Below the pieces are notes generated by a model. That model had not been told where the DNA came from. It saw only the letters and a program-made list of their open reading frames with translations, and did no database searches. A program made the translations under genes and the position numbers. A stretch of DNA of 64,000 bases, taken from the NCBI GenBank assembly GCA_002633005.1, contig NMRA01000127.1:191149-255148 (forward strand), written 5' to 3'. The number at the start of each line of letters is the position of its first letter. The stretch's first letter is position 1. Below are positions 39,174 to 52,938 of the stretch, one piece after another. Origin of the DNA: Phoronis australis. Lineage: Eukaryota > Animalia > Phoronida.

Positions 39174-40577
39174 TCAGTTTACCGATACAACATCGAGTTC
39201 AAAATTATCTGAAGCAGTATTTGTACTAGCTTCAGATGTTGAAATCGTCTTGGTGTTAGGGACTCTAGAGGACGCTGCTGTAGATGTCTTTCGGCAACAT
39301 GGCCACATGTTCACAAAATCTCTTCGAAACCTCTTTCCACTTACACAGTATAGAAGGAAATTTATGCTGTGGTTTATATCAACGAAGAAGTATGCCAGTG
39401 TCGAGAAGAAGATGTATTGAACGAATCTGTACATGGTCGGGTCTCCCATGTAATCCCAAAAATTTTCAGCTATCACGAATGCTGCGTACGGAGACATGAG
39501 GAACGTGAAAGAAGCCGATATTGTTAACAACATTCTGGTAATCTGGTTCTGTTGCTCTCTTGCCTCGACGTCCTTTTCCCTGTTATTCGTCATTGCCGCA
39601 TTCTTACGAGTAGCAGCTGATGTCAGCGATATTATGATTCCGTTAAGAACGTACAGCATTATCAAGGGAATGAAAGAGTAAACAGTAGTGTCCACCCACG
39701 TGTAAGCTGACAAGAACTGTTTATCTGGTGCACGCCACATACACGTCCAAGCACTAACTGCGGTGTAAACAGCATGGACGAAAAAGAAGTAGTGGAAATT
39801 TAAGATAATAGAAAGAACTGAAAGAGAAATTGTAACAATGACCGCATTTTTGACAGTACAAATGGATGAAGCTTTAAATGGAAAAGCAACAGCGATGCAG
39901 CGTTCGCACGTCATAGCCAAAACCGTCCACACCGACATGTAAGCAGCAAAGGACATGATGAAGTTGTTAATTCGACAACCAGCTTCATTGATGAACCAAG
40001 TCTGATCAAATTGGTCCATTGTCAAACCAAGTGTCTTCGACATCATGACTGTTGTATCAAAGATGGCCAGCATAGCCATGTAAAAACATGACGAGTTTTT
40101 ACGAATTCGTTTGCGTATAACCAAGAAGGACAAAAGATTTCCTAGAAAGGCTAAGGCTGGGAGAAAGTAGTATTTGTAGGTCTGCAAGTTGACCGCGACC
40201 CAGAAGAGATCGTAAGAGGATAACAATGCCCTGATATGGGGGTTTTCGTCAAAGGGGACATTTATTATTTCGTTCGTGCTATTCTGTACAGTACCATTAA
40301 TGGAATTGAAAAACGACCGGTTCATGGTGGAATTTACACCTGACAAATTGTGCACGTAACTATTATGGTCTGAAAACTTGAAGACGGGTATTGGTTGAAC
40401 ATCTCGAGTCGAAGAGGTCTGCAGAGAACCATCTGTTGTTTGAATCCAGTACGCAGTTGTCATTTCGAAAATCGACCCTCGGTTGGTTTCTTTTATAGTT
40501 GACCATGATGTCACGCTGAGGTTGTTTACTTGGTTTTGGATGTTCATTTCTTGAGTGGGTGTTGCGCTATCGACCAT
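39174..40577 (-). CDS. Class A GPCR, FMRFamide/peptide-receptor-like, paralog 2; intronless CDS
   Basis: 467-aa ORF colinear with paralog 1, with the same motifs (GN, LAIFD, ERC, NHSINFLLY, FRRDF). TM1-TM4 are nearly identical and the N-terminus is divergent. Confidence 0.95.
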   Translation of the reverse strand: MVDSATPTQEMNIQNQVNNLSVTSWSTIKETNRGSIFEMTTAYWIQTTDGSLQTSSTRDVQPIPVFKFSDHNSYVHNLSGVNSTMNRSFFNSINGTVQNSTNEIINVPFDENPHIRALLSSYDLFWVAVNLQTYKYYFLPALAFLGNLLSFLVIRKRIRKNSSCFYMAMLAIFDTTVMMSKTLGLTMDQFDQTWFINEAGCRINNFIMSFAAYMSVWTVLAMTCERCIAVAFPFKASSICTVKNAVIVTISLSVLSIILNFHYFFFVHAVYTAVSAWTCMWRAPDKQFLSAYTWVDTTVYSFIPLIMLYVLNGIIISLTSAATRKNAAMTNNREKDVEAREQQNQITRMLLTISASFTFLMSPYAAFVIAENFWDYMGDPTMYRFVQYIFFSTLAYFFVDINHSINFLLYCVSGKRFRRDFVNMWPCCRKTSTAASSRVPNTKTISTSEASTNTASDNFELDVVSVN

Positions 40578-42179
40578 TATTGTTGTCCTTTAGCTAAAAC
40601 AACAGAATGACGCTAACAAGTTGGACAATTGAAACTTTGATTGAAGTTTCAAAGATGTATTGTAGTGAAGAGTTAGAAGGGGAAATGAGTTAATTGTGTC
40701 TCCATTGCCAGTAGAACAGTGTTTGCATCAACGTTGCACAGTTTATTTTCGCTGGTTTACTGCGGGTTCCGTAGGGGACAGGGGGTACGCAGGTATCATT
40801 TAGCAAAACGCGTTTCATCAATGGTTGACGCAACCTCGGTAGTCATTGGGTAGCTTTGCAACAAAGAAAGAATATGGCGGACCATGATCGATTTTTAGCA
40901 TCTTCAACGTTTTTGGAAACCAAGTTTTCTCTCTACACTCTCAATAACGTCTGCAAGACCAAGTACAGTTATTTGCACACCGGCGGAAAAGGCACTACCA
41001 CAACTTTTCGATTCACATTTCTTGAACACTGAACATATCCCAATAATTATTAAGAACACATTTTTGAACAACAGACCACATTTACACTTCTTCCATTAGT
41101 TATGCCGGTTTCACGAGTAAAGCGCTACCTGTTGACAATTCGACCATCCAATCAGGAATCTCCTAGGTAATTTTTTCCCCGAGGAAAGTGAAATGATTCT
41201 TGCTTGTCCCCGTCTCCCTAGCGGACATGCAGGTAACACGCGAGCACATTCACTACGAACTATCACCAACGCAATTTACGCGGCACGTGATCTTATAAAA
41301 GTGTTGCCATTATTGTCGTGCCGAACGAATGCAACACTTCCAATATGTTGTCGGCGCATGTTACCACATGTACATGTGAGCAGATATCTACTACGCCTGG
41401 TTTTGCTAGATACAAGTTTTGTATTTTTCCATTTCATAACGTCAAAGGTGCTATAAACAAGCATACCGTCTAAAAATGGAATAGATCCACCAATCATTAA
41501 GAAATTGGCCTCAATTTTTTCGTTAGTCAAATTAGAGTGAATTTCGGGGTTTCGAAAGAATTGATTTGCTTGTCTCGGCGGGTCGTTCTATGGACCGAAC
41601 ATAGTCTTGCTGCAATGCCAAAGAAGCTAATCATCACCATTATTTGAACTATTTGAAGTACAATCGTATTAATGTCGTGTTTTTACGAGCCACGATCTGT
41701 ATCTGTCTAGATTACTGGACACCGTCCTCGTCAGTGCGATATTGCCATGGTTCCCATTCCAAAGCCACATGGATTGATGGGTGGTCTGTTTTAAGTAGTG
41801 TGTAAGGCGACGCTTCGAAACAATTAGAAAATGTTAGTTTTGCTTCTTGAGGCAGTTTAGTGAAGATGTCCAAGGAGTGAAATTGGGGTCAACTGGTTCG
41901 CCACCTACTCAAGACACAGGTAATGCTTACACGTGCCATTTTAGAATTCGCAAACTGTGGAATTTTTTTGAGTCACGGATGTTTTTTGTTTGTGCTTCCA
42001 ACGGAAATCAAGTTCTATCGCGAAAATAGAGTCCTATCGCAGTGAAGAATATTGGGAGACCATTTTCTCTTTAGACTGAAAGGCCTGGCTCTATTTTTCT
42101 CTTAAATCAGCCAAAGAGGACAAAATGCAGTTTTAAAACTCCGGGATTCTATTTCACTCCCACTTGAACTTACAATGAA

Positions 42180-42513
42180 GGTGTAGTCTCTGAGGATATA
42201 CACATAACTGCTACTTACTCAGATGCTATCTATAAATTAATTATAGACTGTGGCGATTTAATAATTATAAAAAATAATTGCAAGCGTTCTGATACACGTT
42301 GTACCAGACGTGCGGAAGCCGCTTAGGTGGGCCCATTGCACTGGTCACCTGGTCACCTGAAAACATTTTTATGCTTTACTAATATATTGTTAAAACCGAG
42401 CTAAGGAGCTAGAAACTTGTCTCAAGGGTTTGGCAGTGTGACCCACTGGGACTCGAACCCACGACCTCAAGTAAAGAAAGCGGGCACATGTCACACTAGG
42501 CCACACTGCCTCC
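42180..42513 (-). mobile_element. tRNA-derived SINE
   Basis: Head GGCAGTGTGGCCTAGTG (A box) ... GGTTCGAGTCC (B box), then a non-tRNA body. No valid anticodon arm. The 3' end is approximate. Confidence 0.7.
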
Positions 42514-42725
42514 TCTAATAATTACTTGGCTAAACAATTTATTTTTTATCAATACAAACGACACAAAGTTGGGAATATTTTCGAAACCCAATTTTATCCA
42601 AATATTGGAATATATACAGGATTTCTGAAAAGTAATTAGGATACAATGAACAAAAATATTTTTATAATAACAAAAATAAGTTGTGTGAAATTGTAGGGAA
42701 ACGCAAACTCAAGTTTATGACTTAC

Positions 42726-42900
42726 CTAGTTACTTTAAGTAGGAACCAAGAAGTTGATGTACCAACAGAGTATCACTGCAATTAGAAGCCTGCCGCGGTA
42801 TTGGAATCGACGCCTCTTTAATTGACGCGAGATCATTCCAAACTCACGTGAAGGGGTGGAAAGTTTGCATTTGATTATTTCGCTGTATTTGTTTTATTTC
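42726..42900 (-). other. Putative non-coding 5' exon of GPCR paralog 2 (intron approx. 40594-42725)
   Basis: Homologous to 17926-18100, with donor TAG|GTAAGT. The same acceptor lies 16 nt before the ATG at 40577. Confidence 0.65.
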
Positions 42901-43487
42901 GGTTTGATGTCTGCACATATTTGTCGAAACAATATCTAAACCGAACTGCAACAATATGATGATATATGTACTAGGGATATTTCCCAAATCGGGTGATTAG
43001 CGGCATGTGTCGCTTTCTCACCAACTCTGCAACAAGGAACTCCATCGCAACTTTACCCCAATTCCACTTACTTTTTCCATAGGCTTTGACTAGCAACATC
43101 TCAGTTACCCTTAGTTCTCTGATTTAAACGCTAGGTGAGAATTTTATATATGCGCTAGCTGCGAAGCGATACTGAAGCTAGTTTACAGTGAAACAACGCG
43201 TGTAGGTGAGATAAAAGGTCATATATATTATGACAAATTAAACTAGTACAGATATCGGTAATTACAAATGTTATGTAATATGCTGAGCTGTAAAGGTGGG
43301 TGACAATCTGCGAAGCAGCGATGAAGGTATTCACAAGTGTTGAATAGAAAGTGAAGTAACAATATGCGGAAGCAGCAAGACCGGGACAGCGACATCGCAC
43401 TCGTTCAAATACTTTTGCATATCACGAATCTCGATATAATAACCACTGGTACAAACACGTACGTTATAGAAGATATATCTCGCAACT

Positions 43488-43640
43488 ATATATGCCCCAA
43501 TGGGTATATGCCCTGGAGGAATATGTATCCCGTAACTAAACATACCTCACTAGGTATATGCCCCAGTACAATATATAGCCCACAAGTATATATGTCCCAT
43601 TAGATATATGCCCAGCAAATTATATGCCACAGAATGTTCT
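43488..43640. repeat. Short degenerate tandem repeat (TATATGCCC units)
   Basis: About eight related TATATGCCC/TATATGTCC units. Confidence 0.6.
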
Positions 43641-44229
43641 CCATTGTTCATACATTTCACCAAATAAACTCGCCCCACAAATTTACATATATAATCATTT
43701 ATTGATTTGGCACAAAGTGAAATGCCCAATTATCTTTAACGTCAAATGTTGGGGATACATGTAGACTATACAAACACTTTGATACTGCGCATCTCACGTC
43801 TCTTAGCAGGCTTCAAGTCACCAAAATTTTAGAACGTGGCGATCTTAACAACAATTACGACTAATATAACAAAAGTAAACATGAAAGGTTTAGATTAAAT
43901 CGTGTTTGCTTTCTTCCCACAAAACGTCTTATACTGTACGTATAAAATAGTAAAACTAGTAAAGATAAAATGACGAGCGTCGGTACTACACTATATAAAA
44001 TATTCCCCACCTATAGTTCTATCCGTCGGTAACTGCGAAGCATTCCAGCATCTATTTGATTCGACTTCTACATAGAACACCTTCTCATTTGAAATGAGCT
44101 TTTCTCAAATAAATGAGATTCTAAAAAAGGACTTAAATTGAATACTTAATTATCGAGACAATATCACACTTTCAAATTCACTAATATTTGTGGGGGCAAT
44201 TGAACTGATAAATCAAGTCAGTTTTGGCT

Positions 44230-44760
44230 AACACTCGGACAGACTTTGAGCACATATTGTTTTTAACAACAAGATCTTTAGTTTTATGGTTTTGGTAATA
44301 CATAATTAACTTAAAGCTATATTCTGGCTTAACGGTCTTAACATTATTATGGGTGATCCGTTTTAAAACTCGTTCATCTTCAATATAACGTGAATGGAAT
44401 TAGTTGCGGTAGAATAGTTTCTTGGTACAACCACTTGTTTGTTTTAAACACATAGGCTTCTGCAATCGGCTTATGAAAAGCTTCATATTCTCATCAACAA
44501 ACTTATTGCTGTAACCGTTATTTATCATAATTTGCTTAATGTGATTACACTCAGTGTTGAAGGTTTTCCAGTCTAAGCAAACGGAATATGCTCTTTTCAA
44601 AAAGCTTGTCAAAACAGAGACTTTATATCTCATAGGACATTGGCTAGTTTCATGTAAACAAACCCCATCATATGTAGGTTTCCTGTATACTGAGGTTTTA
44701 ATGTCAGATTCATCATAATCAATAAGAACGTGTAAGAACGGTACCTTGTTGTTAAGCTTT
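44230..44760 (-). mobile_element. Penelope-like element RT/thumb fragment
   Basis: KVPFLHVLI...KTSVYRKPT...SQCPMRYKVSVLTSFLKRAYSVC..WKTFNTECNHIKQIMINNGYSNKFV. Confidence 0.8.
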
Positions 44761-47700
44761 AATTATAAAACCTGAAACTCCTGACATAATTTCCCAAGCT
44801 ACTGGGTTCCATCGTACCTTGTCGTTGTATAAATAATGTTCATAAGTTGTAACACCTATGTATTTTATTAAATTTTACAACGTTTCATAGTACATTAGTT
44901 TCCATGGGAATTCCTTCTGTAATTGCGCTCTTATGTATGCAACCTTATATTCGTGTTCAATGTCATTGTTCTTGTTTCATGTATTTTACACGATAGCGTT
45001 CAAGATTTTTAAATTTATTTGCCTTTGATGACTTATTTATAGTCGAAATATCGCTACTGTTTTATTATGAAATGTTTTGTACATATAGATTATTACATGG
45101 CGAAGTCGTTATCCCCCGTTATCTAGAGCCCGAGTGGATTTTGGAGAATTATTGCCCGAGGGGCAGACCGTTTTCAATTTTAAGAAACTCCCACCCGGCC
45201 CTTCCTGATTCACCCATGTGAAGTCGCATGTTTCCCTACTCTGAGAAAACAAGCACCAACTTCTTTTATCTGTTCCATTGCCACTTGAACTGAAAGGATT
45301 GACAAGATAGATTCGCCTCTGGAAAATAATCAAAAATGCCAATAGACACGAAATGCTGTCTATAGTTCGAAAACATTAGGATTCTATGGCCGGAAGGATC
45401 TATAGTCCGAAGAGTCAATATTCGGAATAGAAAAGTTGTTGATAGTTTTCTACATTATTCCATAATCTACAGAATGAAATGTCTTCAGAATTTCAGATAA
45501 TTTCACATCATATTTTTCATCATTCGATCACAAATTTTTCGTAAAGCCCTATTAAGCAGACAAAGTTCTCACTCTTGAAATGATGGCCATTCAACGAACA
45601 GCAATCTGAACAAGCTACGAACATTTGGTTTAATGTTGCGAATTATTCTTGGTAACTACCAAGTAGGTAACGCAAGATAAAATTCCCATTAAGTCTTAGG
45701 ACTATTGTCCAATCGAGCCACACACCGATTGCACCAACGTTCCGTTATTGGGTCTAAGCAAACGTCAGATATATCATATCACGGAATTCAAGACAATGTT
45801 CTTAATTACAATAAGCATCTGATTAAATATTTATAGAGACCTAACAAAACTGTACGGGAACGCCATATTTGAACGATTGATTCAAGTTTTCATAAAACAC
45901 ATCCTGTAAACTATAAGGCAGCAGCGTGAAATGACACCAGGTTTTACTTTTTGACTTATACACAACAAAGCGGACTAAGCGATTCCCTTAAAACCTGCTA
46001 AATTTTAATATACTGACCACATTTTTGTTCTATCATATTTGAAGATATGCTAGTATATGTGGGAAATTTTTCATTGTAGATGCATATGAATGTAATACTT
46101 CACTCGCAAAATTCTTAATGCGAAAGTATTAAAAAGCTGCGACTTGAAGGATATGTGACAACGACCTTAGTTGTAATAACATATAAATCCATAGTTCCAA
46201 TTTATGGTCCAGAACGTGTTTATTCACAAGTTTTCTGTAAAACCTGATAATAATGTATAGTGAATATCTAGACGCTGAGGCTGCAATTTAGAGACCAGTG
46301 GTTCGATTCCTAGTTGGTGCTCCTGATTTTTCAGTATAAGTTTACACCTGCTTCTGTGTTAAATGTTTCTGGTGTTCCTTTCACAATTTCTTAAATAAAA
46401 TGTTTAACTTGCATACTAAATCATCTGTATATCATTTTTAGTTTGCGTCTTTGACACACTAAGTGAAATTTTGAATACCACTGTACTCATGCTCAATATT
46501 TATAGGTCATCGAGATATGGGTCTCAACCATGTTTCAATAATTTTCAATTTGTACTTTTTGACGCAATGAACCTTGCTGCACTTAACGCCTCAGGTGAAA
46601 CGTTAGAACAGTGGAGGGTTTTGCAGGTATCTCTAAATGATGTTACTTTTATTCCCACTTCTTTGTTTTTTCATTAAGAAACGCCTATGTAAAGGTAAAT
46701 ATAATTTAAATTAATTCAGTCGAGTGAATATGCATGCATGTGAATGAGTGTATGAAAATAAGTCCTCCCCTTCCCCTTTCCTCCCTCCCCGCCCCTTCCG
46801 CCTTTATAATAATCTCATGTTTTCGTCTGCCTTATCACTACAAGTTATTTTTATTTTCAAAATACGTATTTGTTCTGTGGAATTTATGATGTATTTTTGT
46901 TGTAAGGATATGTAGCTGGACCCACCCAATCTCAGGCATATCCACTAATCATAAATACTATTATTTCTGGGTAAATAAATCTATTTAAAACATTTTTAAA
47001 AATCACTTGCCTTGAGAAAACTTCCTGAATATTCTAGGAGAATCTTCCAGACGGCCAATACTTTGCCTGTACATACACCTCAACCTGAGAAAATATGTGA
47101 AATCAATCAAAACTATTCCTTCAGTTGTATTTCAATAACACCTTCTGTTCTGATCAGTTTGTTTGCAACTTCCATGGTCGTTTTTTGGTAGATCTCTCCT
47201 GTAAAAGTGCCCCTTAATGACTTTAATTATATGCTGTTTGCTATACTCTCAGCAATGACATACTTAACAGTAACTTCATTAAGCAACTTTGTTTTAAGCC
47301 CATGAAGAAAGAAGTCCTTTTCAGGTATATAAGGAAGGAAAACTACAAATCTATGGATTTTTTTGTTAAAGAAATACTTTAGCTCATAATAAAGCCGGTG
47401 GTTGGATTTTGAAATCAATTTACGAGGGACAGATGTGAATATTTGGCCACATCTTCTGCACTACTAGTAATTCCTAGGACCATACCAAATGCATGTTATG
47501 CATGATGCCAATGTGATCAAGAATTTGCAATTATTTAAATAATCAAAATATTAGGAATTTGAAAGACTTACCATAGACGTGGCTCTCGAAAGTGTCATAT
47601 TCTTCACAAATATGCTCGTTCGGTACAAAACCAAGTAACTTGATCACAGTGGCTAAAGGATCAAGGTATCCGGTGAAAGGGCTCAGCATATACATTGGAA

Positions 47701-48129
47701 ACAACAGCCAGCATAGAATGAGTTTTAAAACCTGTTCTCGGGCAAATATTTTCAATTTAAAGCTCCTTTCGCATAAGTCGATTGTTCTTGAGCTCCTACG
47801 AGTCTTTACAGGTAGCAAAAATTGACAGTTCCTTAGAAGCTGGCTAGTATTACGCCCCACTTTCGGACTATCTACGGTACCTTACGGGTTATTTACGAGT
47901 TATTCCGGTGTATTTATAGCACCATTTCAATTTGTTGGTGCGGCTAATTATTGTTTTCTTATGGGTAATTTACTACTTCACGCATTGTGTCGATTCATCG
48001 ACGCTTTTTGCATTAGTTACGATCTGTCTGTGATGCTCCTACTAATAGTTACGAGCAAGTTACAGATACTACTGCCATTTTAACGAAAGGTTTATTTTAT
48101 GTAATAGGCTTCTGGCCCACTTTACAACT

Positions 48130-48700
48130 ATATAATACTTAGAGAGTACAAGATTTTTCAAATCTAAATTAATTCATATGAAGGAACTCATTTCGACGTT
48201 TCTCCGCATTAATTAAATATCTAGCAACTTTTCTTAGGACAATTAAATCATGAGCTTGTACAAAATTTCTGAACACTATCTCGTCCACTTCAATGTATCT
48301 TGGTAAGAACAACACTCGTAGATCAGAATATAAATGGCATTCGACAAGAAAGTATAATTCTGTTTCCACTTTGCCATTGTCACAGCAGGGATATATTCTC
48401 CCCTCTCTATCAAGTCCACTAGGTCTTCCCTGAATAATCATTAAAGAATGCGCTGAGCATCTAAATCTTGCGAGGGCTACTCTGTGAAAACTATTTTCTA
48501 GATATGTTATGTAAATTTCTACTACAAAATTACATTTACCGATTTTTTAAACATGTAACGATTGAGAAAATATATTGTCTATCCAATCCTAGATGTCCAT
48601 GTCAACTCATCATTGTTGAAACTCACTTATAAATGAGGCAGCATCGCCTACATCATGTTTTATCCAAACAACTCCAAAACCATAAGCAAATAACAATCGT
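48130..48700 (-). mobile_element. LINE 3' end (RTE-X/L2-like C-terminal zinc knuckle)
   Basis: RVALARFRCSAHSLMII.GR...REGRIYPCCDNGKVETELYFLVECHLYSDLR. Confidence 0.7.
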
Positions 48701-48889
48701 TTATTGGGGACAAATAAAACAACGAGAATAATAAATATTTTAAGTTGTATTGGGAATTTCAGGGTCACAGCTCTACAAATAAATATTTCACAGAAGGAAC
48801 CAGATGGGTTCCTTAATTACAAGAGATAACACACACACATTTCCGATACCCAAAGTGTAACTGAGTATCGGATACTAAGTGGCACAGGT

Positions 48890-49045
48890 TAGCATAGTAC
48901 CAAATGGGTACATAATACCAAATGGGTATTGGCCGATTGCCTACCAACTGGGTCGAGCAAAGCGGCAAATTCAATAACAAGTACCAAGTGGGTACAAACT
49001 GCCAAATGGGCAAATATCATATAAAGTACCAAGTGGGTACACCAA
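48890..49045. repeat. Short degenerate tandem repeat (GTACCAA(A/G)TGGGTAC)
   Basis: Repeated quasi-palindromic units. Confidence 0.7.
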
Positions 49046-52000
49046 ACAGCCAACTGGGCTATAACAACCTGCAAAGCAGGTTCCGGACAAGCTGAGTGAG
49101 CAGACCAGCCGGAGTGATAAAAAGAGATATTGTAAGGAACGTGGTGTTGTGGCTCAGTATGTGCCAAATGGGCAGGGTTGTTCATGGATGAACAATCCTG
49201 TCCACCGCCACAACTCACGTGGGGGCCGTGACCCTGGTAGGGGAGTGACAGTGGATGGGAGAAAAAAGTAGTCACAAGCAATGAGAAAAGGACTAATACC
49301 AGTACCGGATTTGACTACATATTGATTGAAGCTGCCCCCCCCCCGCCCTCCGGGATGCAGGCACGATGTTAGACTTGGGGCACGGCACACGAAGACAGAT
49401 TGGATACCTCACGGTGAACAGTACCGCTCCCGCCAAGCTCGAAGCCCAGCCACACCCTGGTCGCCGAGAGAAAGTTGTGATTGCTGCACATTAGAGGCAA
49501 CTCTACTGACCCCATACCACACTCACCTAGCAGACACTGCTATGCTTTAACTACAAGGGAAATTGCACCACATAACGGTGCAAGCACAAACCTACCTGGA
49601 GGACCTGCGGTGGTTCCCACCCGAGCATCGCATGGCACAGGACCACCCTACACTCCCGGCCGGGCTTTCCCCGGGTCCAAGCCGCCCCCAAAGGTCAACT
49701 AACCCTCACTCATATCGCGGCAAATCCTAGCGAAATTCAGCCGGTTTAGGGCACACTTTAGTACCCCAAGTTTAGTGCCCCTCCAATTATTACGAATCTA
49801 ATGCATCCTGTACATATATGAGCTAGGGTAGAGCAGCCGAAGAGAACTGACGTTCAGGTTCCTATGTGCGAAGGTGTTGGTATTGCGGTGGAACAATTAA
49901 CTTGCGTACCAGAAGAGGTAAGCGTTGTGACAATGGCTGGGGAGTGACCTTACACGGAAGCGTGTACTGTTAGGGAAACTGTGCAGTAGTAGAACATGTA
50001 ATGGTTTTTCATGGTGGACATAGTTGAAACAGATGCTGCTCGTGTCATTGCATAGTAAATAGGTGATCTATCGTTTTGTTCCTATATCTTGAAAGTACAG
50101 AACCGAATAGGGGGATTGTATTTTCATTGGTGATTCTAGGAATGTGAATACATAAACAATGAGATGCCGTGCTTGGTTATTTTATGAGATCTCGCAAACT
50201 AGAATTTCTAATTGGTCAGTTGTTTCGATTGCAATAATTGTTTTGTTAATCCAGAATTTGGTTGTGTAAAAACGTGTAATATATTTTCAAGCAGGATTTA
50301 TTAGGAGTGTCTTCAAGCAGGGGTATTTTAAATAACTTGCGTATTGGATTTGTGTAGGCAAAGTACATGCAGTGTGAGTTGGTAGTTATTAAGGCACGTT
50401 TCTGGAGGAATTTTAGTGTGCTGGCATCTTTAAATTCCCATATTGTGAAGACAAGAGTGAGCGTGGATCACGAGTTGTGAATCGTTGTCAGTGCAAATAA
50501 AGGCAGATGCTTGAGAGTTGATTGAGCACGTCACTTGTTTGTCCGACTTGTTTGTGCCAGATTAATATGTTCAGACGAAGATGAAGAGACGTCAAACGTT
50601 CTTCTCAATGTTTTAACAAAAGTTAGGTTTTGGCTGTTAATAATAGGCTTGTGTATTAAGACTTATGTTATTTTTTCTGAGGGAGGTGGAGTACCTCGTA
50701 TTTAATTTTGGTGACATTTATCGACATTTGATTGATAACCATGTGAATATATTTGTTGGACAAAAAGATTGAAGCTGATTAGTTGCCAAGATTGAATAAA
50801 ACTGGTCAGTTTGAAGGTAATTTATAGCTTGAAAAAGGTTACACTGTCAGGAGTATTCAGATTCATCTAATTTAGTGTCGTAGAAAAGTGCTCAACTTGG
50901 AACTTGAGCATAAGATAAACGAAAGCAAGCTAATTGTTCCGCAAGTGCGCGCTATTATCAATCTGTTGTCTGAAATTGCTACAAACAGTCCCCCATTTCT
51001 AACACCTTTCACTTGCTGTCGGGGCTCAAATATCATCTTCACTTTGTTGACTTTTAAAATATTCCGGGATTGCGTGAGGTGTCGTCAAAACTCCAGCCAA
51101 TCAATTCGTTTCCCAGTATTTCCTCATTTGATTACTCGACTGTTTCCTCGTTGTCAGCGCGTGCCAAATAAACAGTTTTGTTTCGTTTCCGTTTTACGAC
51201 AAATATTCAGGGTTTCAATATTTGCTTAATTACCGGTAGCTCATTGGAAACGCTCTTAATTGCACAGTGGTAGCCTAGCATACACAGCGTGTGACCTACA
51301 GTGAGACATTCAAAACTGGATCTGGTGAATGTGATGAAAGTGTCACATCTGGACACCCGCTTAATAATCAGGAACTGGCTACAAACACTCAGAAAAAATT
51401 CACCCACACTAAAAACGTAGTAAACTTTAGAATACGAATTCAAGACTGCAGCCAGAAAGTTGTTTTACCTATTCCCAAAAATGCGTGTTCCGGCCGTAAA
51501 ACCGATAACTAGATAATCGTCATGGCGTATTTTGTGGTGAATTTTCCTTTTGATTCGCTTATGCATGACATAGCCACATTTTATGCCAGACGGATCACAT
51601 AATGCAAACATCTCCTGGACACATCTCAGCGACCTCACAAGCATTATTTGTTTGCCACATGGAGGTGCATAGGCAAAATGTAGGACAACGTAGCATACCG
51701 TGCACTTATTCCTCAATAGTTGGTCTCCGACCTTGAGGTTATGTTATAACATTCACGGCAAGCTATATGTTGCAGATGACAAAAGATCTTTTGTCTTTTT
51801 ACCAGCACGTGTGGTAACAACTGACTTCAGACTGGGTACCCAAACGAAAATAGGCCTACTTACATCGATATCCTCCTCCCAAACAGCGCAAAGGTTTGAT
51901 AAAGCCTTTTCGGTAGTCACGTACAATTTATGCCACATGATTGTTCTCTGAATAGTCGTATTGGAAAAAAGACATAATATGGGATCATCTCAATTCATGG

Positions 52001-52938
52001 AATTGTAAACTCAATTCAAATCTGGAAAACGTGGCGATTAGAATAGATGGTTATTTTCAAGCTCGAGCATAAAAATTCTATTTGCTAACCCGGCGATATA
52101 GTGCGCTTCGCTAACGTTACAAGCGGTACATGTACTGGCGCATTCTATTTCTAGGTGGCACTCAACAGTTTTTGTTGATTTTGGGTTTGGAAAACCACCA
52201 GATACAATAGTCTATTCCACGGGATGTACAAAACCTGGAAATTTTAATTGTATACTGAGCCAAAATCTTCTAAAACCTTGCTCAAAATCTACTGAAACCA
52301 TAGATTATAAACAACAGATTCGCAACTCCGACATTTTCTTCCGTGCTAGCCAAGAGGCACCTCCACTCTAATAAATTTTCTGGTGCAGTTTCCGGTTAGT
52401 GTATTTTGACGATTAATATTTGCATCTACTTTACTGTCCAGTACAACGAAAAAAAATATTAATTTCGGCATTGAAGCGCTGTTCAAAGTCTTTCAATAGT
52501 AGAAGTGTGGTAATTAATTACAAAATTCAAACTTCGGTGCCGACTGATTGTGTCGTCTGCTTGCCCAGTAGCATAACAGCGAGGAGTGTAGAAGAGTTCC
52601 TACTCTCCTTGATAGCAGCATAGTTATCGGACAGTTTGTGATTTATGGTCATAGCCATAGGCCTGAGAAAACTACGAAAGCATGTTTGTGCACCAATTCC
52701 AAGTAGTACCTGTGAATGCAAAAGATACTTATATAACGTTTTTGGTTTAGAAAAATATTGATTTTGTTCGAATTAAAAAATGCGCCTCTGCAACGATTTG
52801 ACTAGTTTAACCTTTGCATGTTTGTAATTCAACATTCTCAAGTGAGCAGTTCTCCTGGAAAGAGTTGAGTGGTCCTTAAAAGGGCCGTTGGTGGTAGTGT
52901 GCATGAGCCTTATAGCGTGAAAGGGTTCTTAAAAGAAC

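Noticed and set aside
42432-42510. tRNA gene
   Set aside because: It has A and B boxes and a terminal stem but no pairing anticodon arm, and it continues into a SINE-like body.
46255-46330. tRNA-like B box GGTTCGATTCC
   Set aside because: No cloverleaf; at most a degenerate SINE head.
48890-49045. CRISPR-like palindromic repeats
   Set aside because: Eukaryotic context, irregular short spacing, no unique spacers of constant length and no cas genes.
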